Assembly: GCF_036365525.1 (NCBI RefSeq)
Contig: NC_090399.1
Span: 14,879,558-14,943,557 of the forward strand
Reading direction: 5' to 3'
Source of the DNA: Heterodontus francisci
Lineage: Eukaryota
DNA length: 64,000 bases
Shown: positions 37,030 to 51,008 of the stretch, in pieces
Numbering within the stretch: the stretch's first letter is position 1
Layout: each line of letters begins with the position of its first letter
Notes under the pieces: model-generated
Seen by the model: only the letters and a program-made list of their open reading frames with translations
Database searches by the model: none
What the model was told of the DNA's origin: nothing
Position numbers and translations under genes: made by a program

Positions 37030-40000
37030 CCCCCCATGTAAGATAAAAATTGTAATTATGTCCCCAGTTCTTGACTCCACAGAGAGGGGAAACTACCTCT
37101 CAGCATTTACCCTGTCAAACCCCTACAGAATCTGATGAATGGTCATCGACCTGAAACGTTAACTCTTTTTCTCTCTCCACACTTGCTGCCTGACCTGCTA
37201 AGATTTTCCTGCATTTTCTGTTTCTATTTCAGATTTCCAGGATTTGCCTTTCTCCTGCTTCAGCATCTTGTAAGTTCCAATGAGATCACCTAAACCCAGA
37301 GAGTATAGGCCCAATCTACTCAACCACATCACAGGACAACGCTTACTGCACCACCTTCAAGTCAAGCTTATTCTTCTTTAAAGAAACAGACCAAAACTGT
37401 GCACAGTACTCCAGGTGTGGTCTCACCAAAGCCTGTACAATTGTAGCAAGATTTCCCTTACTCTTATACTCAAGCCCCCTTGCAATATAATTCAACAAGT
37501 CCTTTGCATTCTAATTGCTTGCTGTACTGCATGCTAACTTGCTGTGTTACTTGTGCGAGTGCACCCAAGACTCTTTGAACATGAACATTTAAATGTTTCT
37601 CACCATTTAAAAAAATATTTTCTTTTTTCTATTCTTCCTATTAAACTAAATAACCTCATAGTTTCCCAAATTATACTCCATTTGCTACCTTATTGCCCAT
37701 TGATTTTACCTGTCTATATCTTTTTGCAGACCCTTTGTGTCCTCATGCCAGTTGACTGTGCCACCCAGCTTTATATCGTTTGAAAACTTGAATGTATTAC
37801 TCTTATTACATTCATCTGAATAATTAATATATATTATAAATAGCTGGGCCCCAGCTCTTTGCAGCATCTCACTAGCTGCAGCCTGCCAACTTAAAAATGC
37901 CCCCTGTATCCCTACTCTCAGCTTCCATTGCGCTAACCAATCCTCTATCCATGCTGATATATATTCCCAACCCCATGAGCCCTTAGCGTGTGTAACAGTC
38001 CTTTATGTGTCACCTTATTGAATGCCATTGGACATCCAAATATACTACATCCACTGGAACGCCCTTTATCTAATCTGTTAGTTACATCCTTAAAAACTCT
38101 AAAAACAAAATGTCAGACAAGATTTCCTTTTCATAACACCATGTTGACTCTGACTATATTATTATTTTCTAAGTGCCTTGTTAACACCTCCTTAATACTA
38201 GATTCCAGCATTTTTCCAACAATTGTTACCAGGCTAAGTAGACTGTAGTTCCCTGTTTTTGCTCTCATTCCTTTGTTCAATAGTGATGTTGCATTTTCTG
38301 CCTTCCTATTCACTGGGACCATTCTAGAATCTGGGGAATGTTGGAAGATCATAAACAATGCAACCATCTCTCTGAGAACCATATGATGTCGGCCATCACA
38401 TCCACGAGTTTTGTTGGTTTTTAGTCCCATTAGTTTCTCTAGTGCTTTTCCTCTAATGATATTAATTATTTAAGTTCCACACTCCCATTAGTCCATGGTT
38501 CCCATTGTTTTTAATATGCTTTTTGTGTATTCTCCTGTGAAACAGGCCCAAAATATTCGTTCAATGTCTGCTATTTCTTTAATCCTCATTATAATTTCTC
38601 CTATCTCAGTCTCCAAAGGACGAACATTTTCTTTCGTGACTGTCGTTCTTTTTATATACTTGTAAAAGTTCTTAGAATGTCATAGAGTCTTAGAGTCATA
38701 ATGGCACAGAAGGAGGCCATTTGGCCCGTCAAGTCCATGCCAGTTCTCTGCAGAGTAATCCAATCAGTCTCAATCCCTGGCTCTATCCCCATAGCCATAT
38801 AAGTTCATTTCCCTCACATACCCATTCAATTTCCTTTTGAAATCATTCATCATCTCCACTTCCACCACCCTCATAGGGGGTCAGTTCCAGGTCATTACCA
38901 CTCACTGCGTAAAAAGAAAGTTCCTCCTCACATTCCTCCTGCATATCCTGCCCAAAGTTTTCAATCTGTGCCCCCTCGTTCTTGTACCATCAGCTAATGG
39001 GAATAGCATTTCTTTGTCTACCATATCCAAACCTGTCAGAGTCTTATACACCTTTATCAAATCTTCCCACAATCCCCTTAGCTCCTAGGAGAACAACTCC
39101 AGCTTCTCCAACCTAACTTTGTGGTAAAATCCTCATCCCTGGAACCATTCTGGTAAATCTCCCCTGCACCCTCTCAAGGACCCTCACATCTTTCCTAAAG
39201 TGTGATGATCAGTACTGGATGCAATACAATAGTTGTGGCCAAGCGAGAACTTTATAAAGGTTCAGCATAATGTCCATGCTTTTGTACTCAATACCTTTAT
39301 TTCTGAAGCTCAAGATCCCATATGCTTTACTAACCACTCTCTCAATATATTCTGCCACCTTCAAAGATCGATGCACATGCAACTCCAGGCCCTCTGTCCT
39401 TGTACACTTTTTAGAACTGTACCATTTGGTCTGTATTGCCTCTCCCTGTCCCTTTTGCCAAAATGCAGCAGAAGACTGAGTTTTAGTTTAGAGGTACAGC
39501 ACTGAAACAGGCCCTTCGACCCACCGAGTCTGTGCCAACCATCAACTACCCATTTATACTAATCCTACACTAATTCCATATTCCCCACCTGTCCCTATAT
39601 TTCCCTACCACCTACCTATACTAGGGGCAATTTATAATGGCCAATTTACCTATCAACCTGCAAGTCTTTGGCATGTGGGAGGAAACCGGAGCACCCGGAG
39701 GAAACCCACATGGTCACAGGGAGAACTTGCAAACTCCACACAGGCAGTACCCAGAATTGAACCCGGGTCACTGGAGCTGTGAGGCTGCGGTGCTAACCAC
39801 TGCGCCACTGTGCCGCCCTATTAAATTCAATTTCCCACTTGTCTGCCCATTCTGCAGTTGATCTGTATCATGCTCACTGTCTGCCACGCCTCTAAGTTTG
39901 GTATCATGGGCAATTTTTCAAATTTTACCCTGTATTCCAATATCCAAGTCATTTAGGTAGATCAAAAATCTTGGTGAATACTGATGTCTAAGATCCTCCA

Positions 40001-40200
40001 GTCTAAAAATCAACCATTTACCATGACTCACTGTTTTGTGTCCTTAAGCCACTTTTTTATCCAGTCTGAAACTGGCCGTCTGATTTCATGAGCCTCAGTT
40101 TTGGTAACCAACCTTTTGTGTGGTATATTGTAAAAGGCTTTCTTAAAATCCATATAGATAGCATCTATTCCCTCCATCAACCTTCTCTGTTACTCCAGCT
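37030..40200 (-). mobile_element. Two old CR1 fragments in tandem (~37030-38680, ~38680-40200) with nested PLE fragment and SINE
   Basis: Degenerate antisense CR1 ORF2; second 3' tail near 38685. Confidence 0.7.
39482..39818 (-). mobile_element. V-SINE (HE1-like)
   Basis: Reverse complement of the 25913 element. Confidence 0.88.
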
Positions 40201-40239
40201 CGTGTTTTTATCTACCTAGATAATTTACTTTCATATTCA

Positions 40240-43200
40240 GTATCAGAGCCCCTGCTATCTCCTCCCTCGCCTCACATAACAGCCTGGGATACATCTCATC
40301 TGGGCCTGCGGATTTATCCACTTTCAAGCCTGCTAAAACAGCTAATACTTCCTCCCTTTCAATGCTAATATGTTCAAGGATATCACAATTCCCCTCCCTG
40401 ATCTCTACACCTACATCATCCTTCTTCATAGTGAACACAGATGAAAAGTAATCATTTAAAACCTCAACAATGTCCTCCGGCTCCACACACAGATTGCCAC
40501 TTTGGCCCCTAATGGGCCCTACTCTTTCCCTGGTTATCCTCTTACCTTTAATATACTTATAAAATGCCTTAGGATTTTCCTTTATCTTGCCCACCAGTGT
40601 TTTTTCATGTCCCTTCTTCGCTCTCCTAATTATTTTTTAAGTACCCCCCTATACCTTCTATACTCCTTTAGTGCCTCTGCTGTTTTCAGCACTTTGAATC
40701 TGCCATAAGCCTTCTTTTTTTTCATTATCCAATCCTCTATATCCCTTGACATCCAAGGTTCCATGGACGTTTTGGTCCAACACCTCACCTTAACGGGAGC
40801 ATGTTGCCCCTGAACTATTTCCTCTTTGAATGACTCCCACTGATGTGCTGTAGACTTTCCTACAGGTAGCTGCTCCCAGTCCACTTTGGCCAGATTCTGT
40901 TTTATCATATTGAAATCGGCCGTCCCCCAATTCAGTACCTTTATTTCCGGTCCATCTTTGTCCTTTTACAGAACTACCTTAAATTTTACAGAGTTATGGT
41001 CACTATCCCTGAAATGCTCCCCCACTGACACTTCTACCACTTGTCCAGCTTCATTCCCTAGGATTAAGTCCAGTATCGCCCCTTCTCTTGTCGGACTTTC
41101 TACGTGCTGGCTCAGAAAGCTCTCCTGTATGCACTTTAAGAATTCCGTCCCTTTAAGTCTTTTGCATTAAGACTATCCTAGTTGATATTGGGGAAGTTGA
41201 AATCCCCTACTATTATTACACTATTATTTTCACACCTCTCTGAGATTTGCTGACATATCTGCTCCTCCATCTCTCCCTGACTGTTTGGAGGCTTGTAGTA
41301 CACTTCCAGCCAAGTGATTGCCCCCATTTTGTGTTTAATTTCTACCCATATGGTCTCATTTGAAGAACTTTCTAAGATATCATTCCTCCTTACTGCAGTA
41401 TTTGACTCCTTGATCAACAGTGCAATGCCACCTCCTCTTTTACACCCTCCCCTGTCATCCCTGAAGATTCTATACCCTGGAATATTGAGCTGCCAGTCCT
41501 GCCCTTCCCTCAACCATGTCTCTGTGATAGCAATAATATCATAATCCCATGTGTTAATCAATACCCTCAATTCATCTGCCTTACTCGTAAGGCTCCTTGC
41601 ATAAAATAGATGCAATCCAGCCTTGCATTATTTGCTTGTGCCTTAACAGGTCTACATTTGCTTTGCCTTCCAGACTGACTCAGTTTCTCTTCTATATTTG
41701 ACTGTGCATCACCCCCTACTGTACCTCTACCGTACCATCCCACACTCCTGCCAAATTAGTTTAAAACCCTCCACACCCACCCCCTCCAAACCCTCCCACA
41801 ACAGCACTAGCAAACCTCCCAGCAAGCATGTTGGTCCCATTCCAGTTCAGGTGCAACCCGTCCAACTTGTACAGGTCCCACCTTTGCCAGAAACAGTCCA
41901 GTGATCCAGGAAACTAAAGCCCTCCCTCCTGCACCATCTCTGCAGCCATGCATTCATCTGCTCTATCCTTCTATTCCTATACTCACTAACACACGGCACC
42001 AGGAGTCATCCAGAGATTACAACCTTTGAGTTCCTGATTTTTAATCTGCTATCTAACTCCCTAAATACTTGTTGCAGCACCTCATCCTTCTTTCTACCAA
42101 TGTCATTGGTACCAATGTGTACCATGACCTCTGACTGTTCACTCTCCCCCTTCAGATTGTCCTGCAGCCATTCTGTGACATCCTTGACCCTTGCACCAGG
42201 GAGGTAAAACACCATCCTGGAGTCACGTTTGCAGCCACAGAAACACCTATAGAGTCATAGAGAGATACAGCACTGAAACAGGCCCTTCGGTCCACAGAGT
42301 CTGTGCTGACCATCAACCACCCAATTATACTAATCCTATATTAATCCCATTTTTCCTCTCTCACATCTCCACCTTCCCTCAATTCTCCTACCACCTATCT
42401 ACACTAGGGGCAAGTTTTTACAATGCCCAATTTACCCATCAACCCACAAGTCTTTGGCATGTGGGAGGAAATTGGAGCACCCGGAGGAAACCCACTCGGT
42501 CGCAGGGAGAACTTGCAAAGTCCGTACAGGCAGTACCCAGAACCGAACCTGGGTCACTGGAGCTGTGAGGCTACAGTGCTAACCACTGTGCCGCCTATCT
42601 GTACCTCTTATGATAGAATCCCCTATCACTATAGCCCTGCCACTATTCTTCCTCCCCTCCTGTGCAACTGAGCCACCCATGGTGCCATGAACTTGACTCT
42701 TGCTGCTTTCCCCTGTGCCATCTCCCCCAACAATATCCAAAGCGGTATATCAGAGAGGGGGATGGCCACAGGGGACTCCTGCACTACCTGCCTTCCTCTA
42801 CTCTGCCTGGTGGTCATCCATTCCCTTCCTGCCATTGCAACATTTGCCTGCGGTGTGACCACCTCGCTAAACGTGCTTTCCACAACGTTCTCAGCATCGC
42901 GGATGCTCCATAGTGAATCCACTCACAGCTCCAGCTCCGTAAAGCGGGTAGCCAGTAGCTGCAGCTGGATACACTTCCTGCACACATGGTCATCAGAGAC
43001 ACTCGAAGCATCCCTGATTTCCCACATAGCACAGGAGGAGCATATCAGGGGTGCGAGCTCTCCTACCATGACTTACCTATAAATTACTTAGTTACTACCT
43101 TTAATTAAAACATAATAATTACGCTCGGGGCCTTGTTCTACTCCAAACACTACCCACTACAATCTAAAGTGCCTTATAAATTACACTAATTAAAAAAAAA

Positions 43201-43485
43201 ACACATTTTTGTAGTACTAACCTTGCCACCTAATACGATAGGTTTTGAGGGTTTTTTTTTCAGAAAATAACTTTTCCCTTATTTTTTTAAGCTATTTACA
43301 GCCACTAACAGTTGTTACTTATCCAACCAATCACCTTGTAGCTTTCCTGTGATGTCCCTGTGGACTTTTAAAAATTCTTTTTCCAAAACTCTAGCACGCC
43401 TGGACTGCTCTCACACAGGCCCACTCCTGGAAGATAAGTGATCTGGGCTGCCATCCACGGACTCTATTGCTCCTCTCTCGGTGGA
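40240..43485 (-). mobile_element. CR1 5' half: 5' UTR, ORF1 (Cys-rich N-terminus + esterase), ORF2 endonuclease
   Basis: LPGARVKDV/HIGTNDIG ORF1, ITETWL...GDFNFP endonuclease. Confidence 0.88.
42251..42595 (-). mobile_element. V-SINE (HE1-like) inserted in CR1 ORF1
   Basis: Same family; cctat on both flanks. Confidence 0.85.
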
Positions 43486-45089
43486 GGAGGAGATCTGTAA
43501 GGAACTCACAGTCGTCATGTCGAAGGCAGTGGACACAGGAACCTTCTTCTTTTCTTTCTTTCTTTTGGGCCTCCTTATCTCGAGAGACAATGGATACGCG
43601 CCTGGAGGTGGTCAGTGGTTTGTGAAGCAGCGCCTGGAGTGGCTATAAAGGCCAATTCTGGAGTGACAGGCTCTTCCACAGGTGCTGCAGAGAAATTTGT
43701 TTGTTGGGGCTGTTGCACAGTTGGCTCTCCCCTTGCGCCTCTGTCTTTTTTCCTGCCAACTACTAAGTCTCTTCGACTCGCCACAATTTAGCCCTGTCTT
43801 TATGGCTGCCCGCCAGCTCTGGCGAATGCTGGCAACTGACTCCCACGACTTGTGATCAATGTCACACGATTTCATGTCGCGTTTGCAGACGTCTTTATAA
43901 CGGAGACATGGACGGCCGGTGGGTCTGATACCAGTGGCGAGCTCGCTGTACAATGTGTCTTTGGGGATCCTGCCATCTTCCATGCGGCTCACATGGCCAA
44001 GCCATCTCAAGCGCCGCTGACTCAGTAGTGTGTATAAGCTGGGGATGTTGGCCGCTTCAAGGACTTCTGTGTTGGAGATATAGTCCTGCCACCTGATGCC
44101 AAGTATTCTCCGAAGGCAGCGAAGATGGAATGAATTGAGACGTCGCTCTTGGCTGGCATACGTTGTCCAGGCCTCGCTGCCGTAGAGCAAGGTACTGAGG
44201 ACACAGGCCTGATACACTCGGACTTTTGTGTTCCAGGAACCAATGCATTACAAACAAGCCAATGTTGCGTCCATATTCACAGACACAGACATTGACACCT
44301 ATAGACCCATTGATCATTCGTTTATTGCATGTAAGGTAATGAAAGCGATTATCAGGGGCAAAAGCGAGGATCGTTTGTACAATGACCAACTATTCAACAG
44401 GAAGTAACATTGATTCAGAAGGGGAAAAATCATATCTGACCAACCTCTTCAAACCAGCTGGGGTTTTTCCAGGTAAATGTCTTTACCTGGACTCCCAAAC
44501 AACCATTGATAAAAATCCGGTGCTAAAAGTAGTTAAATAAAATCAAAGCTGGAGTTTCAGGATACGTCCTGGGAATGAATAGGAAAAATGTGGTAGATTT
44601 TAAACTTGAAGATCGGAAATAAAACGGGCCTTGTGGATTGGCCGTCTGCGATGGACCAAATGACCTACTGCTGTTCTGTGTCATTTCATGTTTCTGTAAA
44701 ATAAGTGAGGAAATCATTGTTGATTTTCCAGGTACCAATCAAATCACTTAAGTGATCACTTACAAACTGCATTCCACATTCTGTCCTTGGAAATTCTATG
44801 TGCTCACATTCCTCACTTGCTCATTCAAACATTCATTCGTTTTCATTGTTAGTCCCTGGATATTTGCCAATATATTTATTGATTGACTATGAAGGTGGAA
44901 AACTTTGTTACCGTGTTTAAATGGTTTCTTTTTATCTCTTTTTAGTAGTTCTGTTTGATATTTTCCTTGAGTACAAAATAACGACCTTCTCTGGGATCTA
45001 ATTTTCCTTTCAGATTTCTGCCTTATTGAATGACCCGTCTCGGTATTTATCATTCTAGTTTCAAAGTAAACAATCACAGGAACAAAAAG
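43485..45089 (+). repeat. Local duplication, copy A (paralogous to 58483-59828 + 63328-63346)
   Basis: ~0.9 kb of colinear, highly similar non-coding sequence once the private insertions are removed. Confidence 0.9.
43544..44233 (-). mobile_element. Young RTE 3' fragment
   Basis: Open 201-aa C-terminal ORF; TSD caggaacc (43536-43543, 44234-44241). Confidence 0.92.
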
Positions 45090-45235
45090 ACAGACCGCTA
45101 GATCGTTAGTATGACAGACAGATATATCGATAGATAGACAGACAGTCAGACAGATATATGAATAGAGAGTCAGACGGATATATGAATAGACAGACAGGCC
45201 TATAGACAGACAGATAAATAGAATAGATAGATAAG
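45090..45235. repeat. (GAYA)n degenerate microsatellite
   Basis: gata/gaca tetramers. Confidence 0.75.
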
Positions 45236-46047
45236 TTTGAAAGACTCCATAGTTATTCCACCTCCTTTTCACATTAGAAAATGTTTACTAGTTTAAACAT
45301 TTCAACTTAATGCATGAGGATGACTATCTTGCAAACTGCTGGATTTCATGAAATAATTTCCATCTTAACATCATAGCTTTCAATGAATGAACAAGACGCA
45401 TGTCACAAGACACACAGCTGCCAAAGTATTCAGTGCAACTAGTAGCCAACCTGCATGTAAAATAATCAGCCCAATAAATGGCCCCCACTGGCCATATGTA
45501 CTTGATAGTGAATATATAATCTTCATTACATTTCATGGTTCAATGGTACATGACCGGATTGCAAAAAAAATTCTAACCATAATTCTGAACATGTTCATTT
45601 ATCAAATCAGAAGGGAACATCACTCAACGTTTTTGAAAAGAGAAATGGCACTGGTAGATTATTAATGCAAAAAACATGAACAGGAATTGTACAAGCGAAT
45701 GCAGACATTGCATGAAATAAAGCATTTTGTGAATATATAGTAAATGATGGGTATCTCTAATTACATTGAGAATAGCAAGCTAAAATCTAGGGCGAAATAA
45801 ATATCTGCCTTTATTAAGAGATAACAGAGGAAGATAACACTCGGATTCAAGACGAACTAGACGAACTAACAAGAGGAATCATTAGTACAAAGCTGGAATA
45901 CCACTCTGAATACAGGGAGACCTGGTCTGAACAAATGAGTGCAGGGCTGTTAAAGGAAATGGGTACCAAGCTGAGCAAATATTGCAATGAGCCGCTGGAG
46001 TAAACTAAAGGAAGTAATTGCTGATTTGACTGTTTCATTCTCCATAG

Positions 46048-46250
46048 AGCAAAAACAACCGGATAACAGTGGAAGTTCTCTGCTTTGGCAGCTGATGGTC
46101 GTAGGAGTGAAACTTGCAGTGTTTGTTGTGATCATCATTCTAACAATTTCCCTCGTACATTTCTGCGGATCTGGAGGTTCTCCTGTGACAATCACTGCAA
46201 AGAGAGAGGGAATTGAGCGAAGCGGCAAGTGTGCGATGGAAAACGGTTAA
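46048..46250 (+). CDS. Orphan stalk/TM/short-tail exon of an activating-type NCR3-like receptor (possibly a pseudogene remnant or an alternative last exon)
   Basis: Acceptor tgtttcattctccatag| in phase 1. Encodes QKQPDNSGSSLLWQLMVVGVKLAVFVVIIILTISLVHFCGSGGSPVTITAKREGIERSGKCAMENG* with a Lys in the TM. No V exon was found between 35768 and 46048. Confidence 0.65.
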
Positions 46251-46466
46251 ACTAAACCCATTGGCATTTTGGACAATTTGTATTTTCAGTTGGATTATGA
46301 GGTGAAATTATAAGCGAAATGATTCTAATTGTTAAATGCAAACGCAAAAGATAATGTTTATTGTATCGTAACGTAAATTGCGCTCGGGTATGTTTATATG
46401 GCACACGTGATCTTCGTGTTGCTTTATATTGGCAATATTAAACGATCTTTTATATCCTTCATACAC

Positions 46467-49400
46467 CTGGGTCATTGTGGTTTTGATCTCTGGGTTATTG
46501 GGGGTTTTGATCTCTGGGTCATTGTGGTTTTGATCTCTGGGTTATTGGGGTTTTTGATCTCTGGGTTATTGGGGTTTTTGATCACTGGGTTATTGGGGTT
46601 TTTGATCACTGGGTTATTGGGGTTTTTGATCACTGGGTTATTGAGGGTTTTGATCTCCAGGTTATTGGGGGTTTTGATCTCTGGGTTATTGGGGTTTTTG
46701 ATCACTGGGTTATTGAGGGTTTTGATCTCCAGGTTATTGGGGTTTTTGATCACTGGGTTATTGGGGTTTTTGATCTCTGGGTTATTGGGGTTTTTGATCT
46801 CTGGGTTATTGGGGTTTTTGATCTCTGGGTTATTGGGGTTTTTGATCTCTGGGTTATTGGGGTTTTTGATCACTGGGTTATTGGGGTTTTTGATCTCTGG
46901 GTTATTGGGGTTTTTGAACTCTGGGTTATTGGGGTTTTTGATCACTGGGTTATTGGGGTTTTTGATCTCTGGGTTATTGGGGGTTTTGATCTCTGGGTTA
47001 TTGGGGGTTTTGATCTCCAGGTTATTGGGGGTTTTGATCTCTGGGTTATTGGGGTTTTTGATCTCTGGGTTATTGGGGGTTTTGATCTCTGGGTTATTGG
47101 GGGTTTTGATCTCTGGGTTATTGGGGGTTTTGGATCTCTGGGTTATTGGGGTTTTTGATCTCTGGGTTATTGGGGGTTTTGGATCTCTGGGTTATTGGTG
47201 TTTTTGATCTCTGGGTTATTGTGGTTTTGATCTCTGGGTTATTGGGGGTTTTGGATCTCTGGGTTATTGGGGTTTTTGATCTCTGGGTTATTGGGGGTTT
47301 TGGATCTCTGGGTTATTGGGGTTTTTGATCTCTGGGTTATTGGGGGTTTTGGATCTCTGGGTTATTGGGGTTTTTGATCACTGGGTTATTGGGGGTTTTG
47401 ATCTCTGGGTTATTGGGGGTTTTGATCTCCAGGTTATTGGGGTTTTTGATCACTGGGTTATTGGGGTTTTTGAACTCCGGGTTATTGGGGTTTTTGATCT
47501 CTGGGTTATTGGGGTTTTTGATCTCTGGGTTATTGGGGTTTTTGATCTCTGGGTTATTGGGGGTTTTGATCTCTGGGTTATTGGGGGTTTTGATCTCCAG
47601 GTTATTGGGGTTTTTGATCACTGGGTTATTGGGGTTTTTGAACTCCGGGTTATTGGGGGTTTTGATCTCTGGGTTATTGAGGGTTTTGATCTCTGGGTTA
47701 TTGGGGTTATTGATCACTGGGTTATTAGGGTTTTTGATCACTGGGTTATTGGGGTTTTTGATCTCTGGGTTATTGGGGTTTTTGATTTCTGGGTTATTGG
47801 GGGTTTTGAACTCTGGGTTATTGGGGTTTTTGATCACTGGGTTATTGGGGTTTTTGAACTCTGGGTTTTTGGGGGTTTTGATCTCTGGGTTATTGGGGTT
47901 TTTGATCACTGGGTTATTGGGGGTTTTGAACTCTGGGTTTTTGGGGGTTTTGATCTCTGGGTTATTGGGGTTTTTGATCACTGGGTTATTGGGGGTTTTG
48001 ATCACTGGGTTATTGTGGTTTTGATCTCTGGATTATTGGGGTTATTGATCTCTGGGTTATTGGGGTTTTTGATCACTGGGTTATTGGGGGTTTTGATCTC
48101 TGGGTTATTGGGGTTTTTGATCACTGGGTTATTGGGGTTTTTGATCACTGGGTTATTGGGGGTTTTTTGATCACTGGGTTATTGGGGGGTTTGATCTCTG
48201 GGTTATTGGGGATTTTGATCCCTGGGTTATTGGGGGTTTTGATCACTGGTGTTTTAGGGGTTTTGATCACTGGGTTATTGGGGGGTTTGATCTCTGGGTT
48301 ATTGGGGTTTTTGATCTCTGGGTTATTGGGGGTTTTGATCCCTGGGTTATTGGGGGTTTTGATCACTGGTGTTTTAGGGGTTTTGATCACTGGGTTATTG
48401 GGGGGTTTGATCTCTGGGTTATTGGGGTTTTTGATCTCTGGGTTATTGGGGATTTTGATCCCTGGGTTATTGGGGGTTTTGATCACTGGTGTTTTAGGGG
48501 TTTTGATCACTGGGTTATTGGGGGGTTTGATCTCTGGGTTATTGGGGTTTTTGATCTCTGGGTTATTGGGGATTTTGATCCCTGGGTTATTGGGGGTTTT
48601 GATCACTGGTGTTTTAGGGGTTTTGATCACTGGGTTATTGGGGGGTTTGATCTCTGGGTTATTGGGGTTTTTGATCTCTGGATTATTGGGGGTTTTGATC
48701 ACTGGGTTATTGTGGTTTTGATCACTGGGTTATTGGGGATTTTGATCTCTGGGTTATTGGGGGTTTTGATCTCTGGGATATTGTGGTTTTGATCACTGGG
48801 TTATTGGGGTTTTTGATCTCTGGGTTATTGGGGATTTTGATCTCTGGGTTATTGGGGGTTTTGATCTCTGGGATATTGTGGTTTTGATCACTGGGTTATT
48901 GTGGTTTTGATCTCTGGGTTATTGGGGATTTTGATCTCTGGGTTATTGGGGGTTTTGATCTCTGGGATATTGTGGTTTTGATCACTGGGTTATTGGGGTT
49001 TTTGATCTCTGGGTTATTGGGGATTTTGATCTCTGGGTTATTGGGGGTTTTGATCTCTGGCTTATTGGGGGTTTTGATCACTGGGTTATTGTGGTTTTGA
49101 TCTCTGGCTTATTGGGGTTATTGATCTCTGGGTTATTGGGGGTTTTGATCCCTGGGATATTGTGGTTTTGATCACTGGGTTATTGGGGTTTTTGATCTCT
49201 GGGTTATTGGGGGTTTTGATCACTGGGTTATTGTGGTTTTGATCTCTGGCTTATTGGGGATTTTGATCCCTGGCTTATTGGGGGTTTTGATCACTGGGTT
49301 ATTGTGGTTTTGATCTCTGGCTTATTGGGGTTATTGATCTCTGGGTTATTGGGGGTTTTGATCCCTGGGATATTGTGGTTTTGATCACTGGGTTATTGGG

Positions 49401-51008
49401 GTTTTTGATCTCTGGGTTATTGGGGGTTTTGATCACTGGGTTATTGGGGGTTTTGATCCCTGGGATATTGTGGTTTTGATCACTGGGTTATTGGGGTTTT
49501 TGATCTCTGGGTTATTGGGGGTTTTGATCTCTGGGTTATTGGGGGTTTTGATCACTGGGTTATTGTGGTTTTGATCTCTGGCTTATTGGGGATTTTGATC
49601 CCTGGTTTATTGGGGGTTTTGATCTGTGGGTTATTGGGAATTTTGATGCCTGGGTTATTGGGTTTTTGATCTCTGGGTGATTGGAGGTTTTTGATCACTC
49701 TGTTATTGTGGTTTTGCTCTCTGGGTTATTGGGGGTTTGATCCCTGAGTTATTGTTGTTTTGATCCCTGGGTTATTGTGGTTTTGATCCCTGGGTTATTG
49801 TGGTTTTGATCTCTGGGTTATTGGGGTTTTGATCCCTGGGCTATTGGGGATTTTGATCCCTGGGTTCTAGGGGGTTTTTATCCCTAGGTTATTGTGGTTT
49901 TGATCCCTGGGTTATTTGGTTTTTGATCTCTGGGTTATTGGGGGTTTTGATCACTGGGTTATTGTGGTTTTGATCACTGGGTTATTGTGGTTTTGATCTC
50001 TGGCTTATTGGGGTTATTGATCTCTGGGTTATTGGGGGTTTTGATCCCTGGGATATTGTGGTTTTGATCACTGGGTTATTGTGGTTTTGATCTCTGGCTT
50101 ATTGGGGATTTTGATCACTGGGTTATTGGGGGTTTTGATCCCTGGGATATTGTGGTTTTGATCACTGGGTTATTGGGGTTTTTGATCTCTGGGTTATTGG
50201 GGGTTTTGATCTCTGGGTTATTGGGGGTTTTGATGCCTGGGTTATTGGGTTTTTGATCTCTGGGTGATTGGAGGTTTTTGATCACTCTGTTATTGTGGTT
50301 TTGCTCTCTGGGTTATTGGGGGTTTGATCCCTGAGTTATTGTTGTTTTGATCCCTGGGTTATTGTGGTTTTGATCCCTGGGTTATTGTAGTTTTGATCTC
50401 TGGGTTATTGGGGTTTTGATCCCTGGGCTATTGGGGATTTTGATCCCTGGGTTCTAGGGGGTTTTGATCCCTGGGTTATTGTGGTTTTGATCCCTGGGTT
50501 ATTTGGTTTTTGATCTCTGGGTTATTGGGGGTTTTGATCCCTGGGTTATTGGGGGTTTTGATCCCTGGGTTATTGGGGTTTTGATCCCTGGGCTATTGGG
50601 GATTTTGATCCCTGGGTTCTCGGGGGTTTTGATCCCTGGGTTATTGTGGTTTTGATCCCTGGGTTATTTGGTTTTTGATCTCTGGGTTATTGGGGGTTTT
50701 GATCCCTGGGCTATTGGGGATTTTGATCCCTGGGTTCTCGGGGGTTTTGATCCCTGGGTTATTGTGGTTTTGATCCCTGGGTTATTTGGTTTTTGATCTC
50801 TGGGTTATTGGGGGTTTTGATCCCTGGGTTATTGGGGGTTTTGATCCCTGGGTTATTGGGGGTTTTGATCCCTGGGTTATTGGGGGTTTTGATCACTGGG
50901 TTATTGGGGGTTTTGTCCCCTGAGTTATTGGAGGTTTTGATCCCTGGGTTATTAGGTTTTTGATCTCTGGGTTATTGGGGGTTTCGATCACTGGCTTATT
51001 GGGGTTAA
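46467..51008. repeat. 24-bp tandem satellite, ~190 units, consensus GGGTTATTGGGG(G/T)TTTTGATC(T/A/C)CT
   Basis: Directly visible; produces the LISGLLGF/PNNPEIKN pseudo-ORFs. Confidence 0.97.

Noticed and set aside
44796-45272. 158-aa minus-strand ORF with hydrophobic N-terminus
   Set aside because: Hydrophobic part is microsatellite-derived and is absent from duplication copy B
46398-49081. Long hydrophobic (LISGLLGF)n and (PNNPEIKN)n ORFs
   Set aside because: By-product of a stop-free 24-bp satellite; open on both strands and broken by unit indels
46467-51008. CRISPR array or true telomeric array
   Set aside because: Contiguous tandem units without unique spacers, eukaryotic context, not (TTAGGG)n
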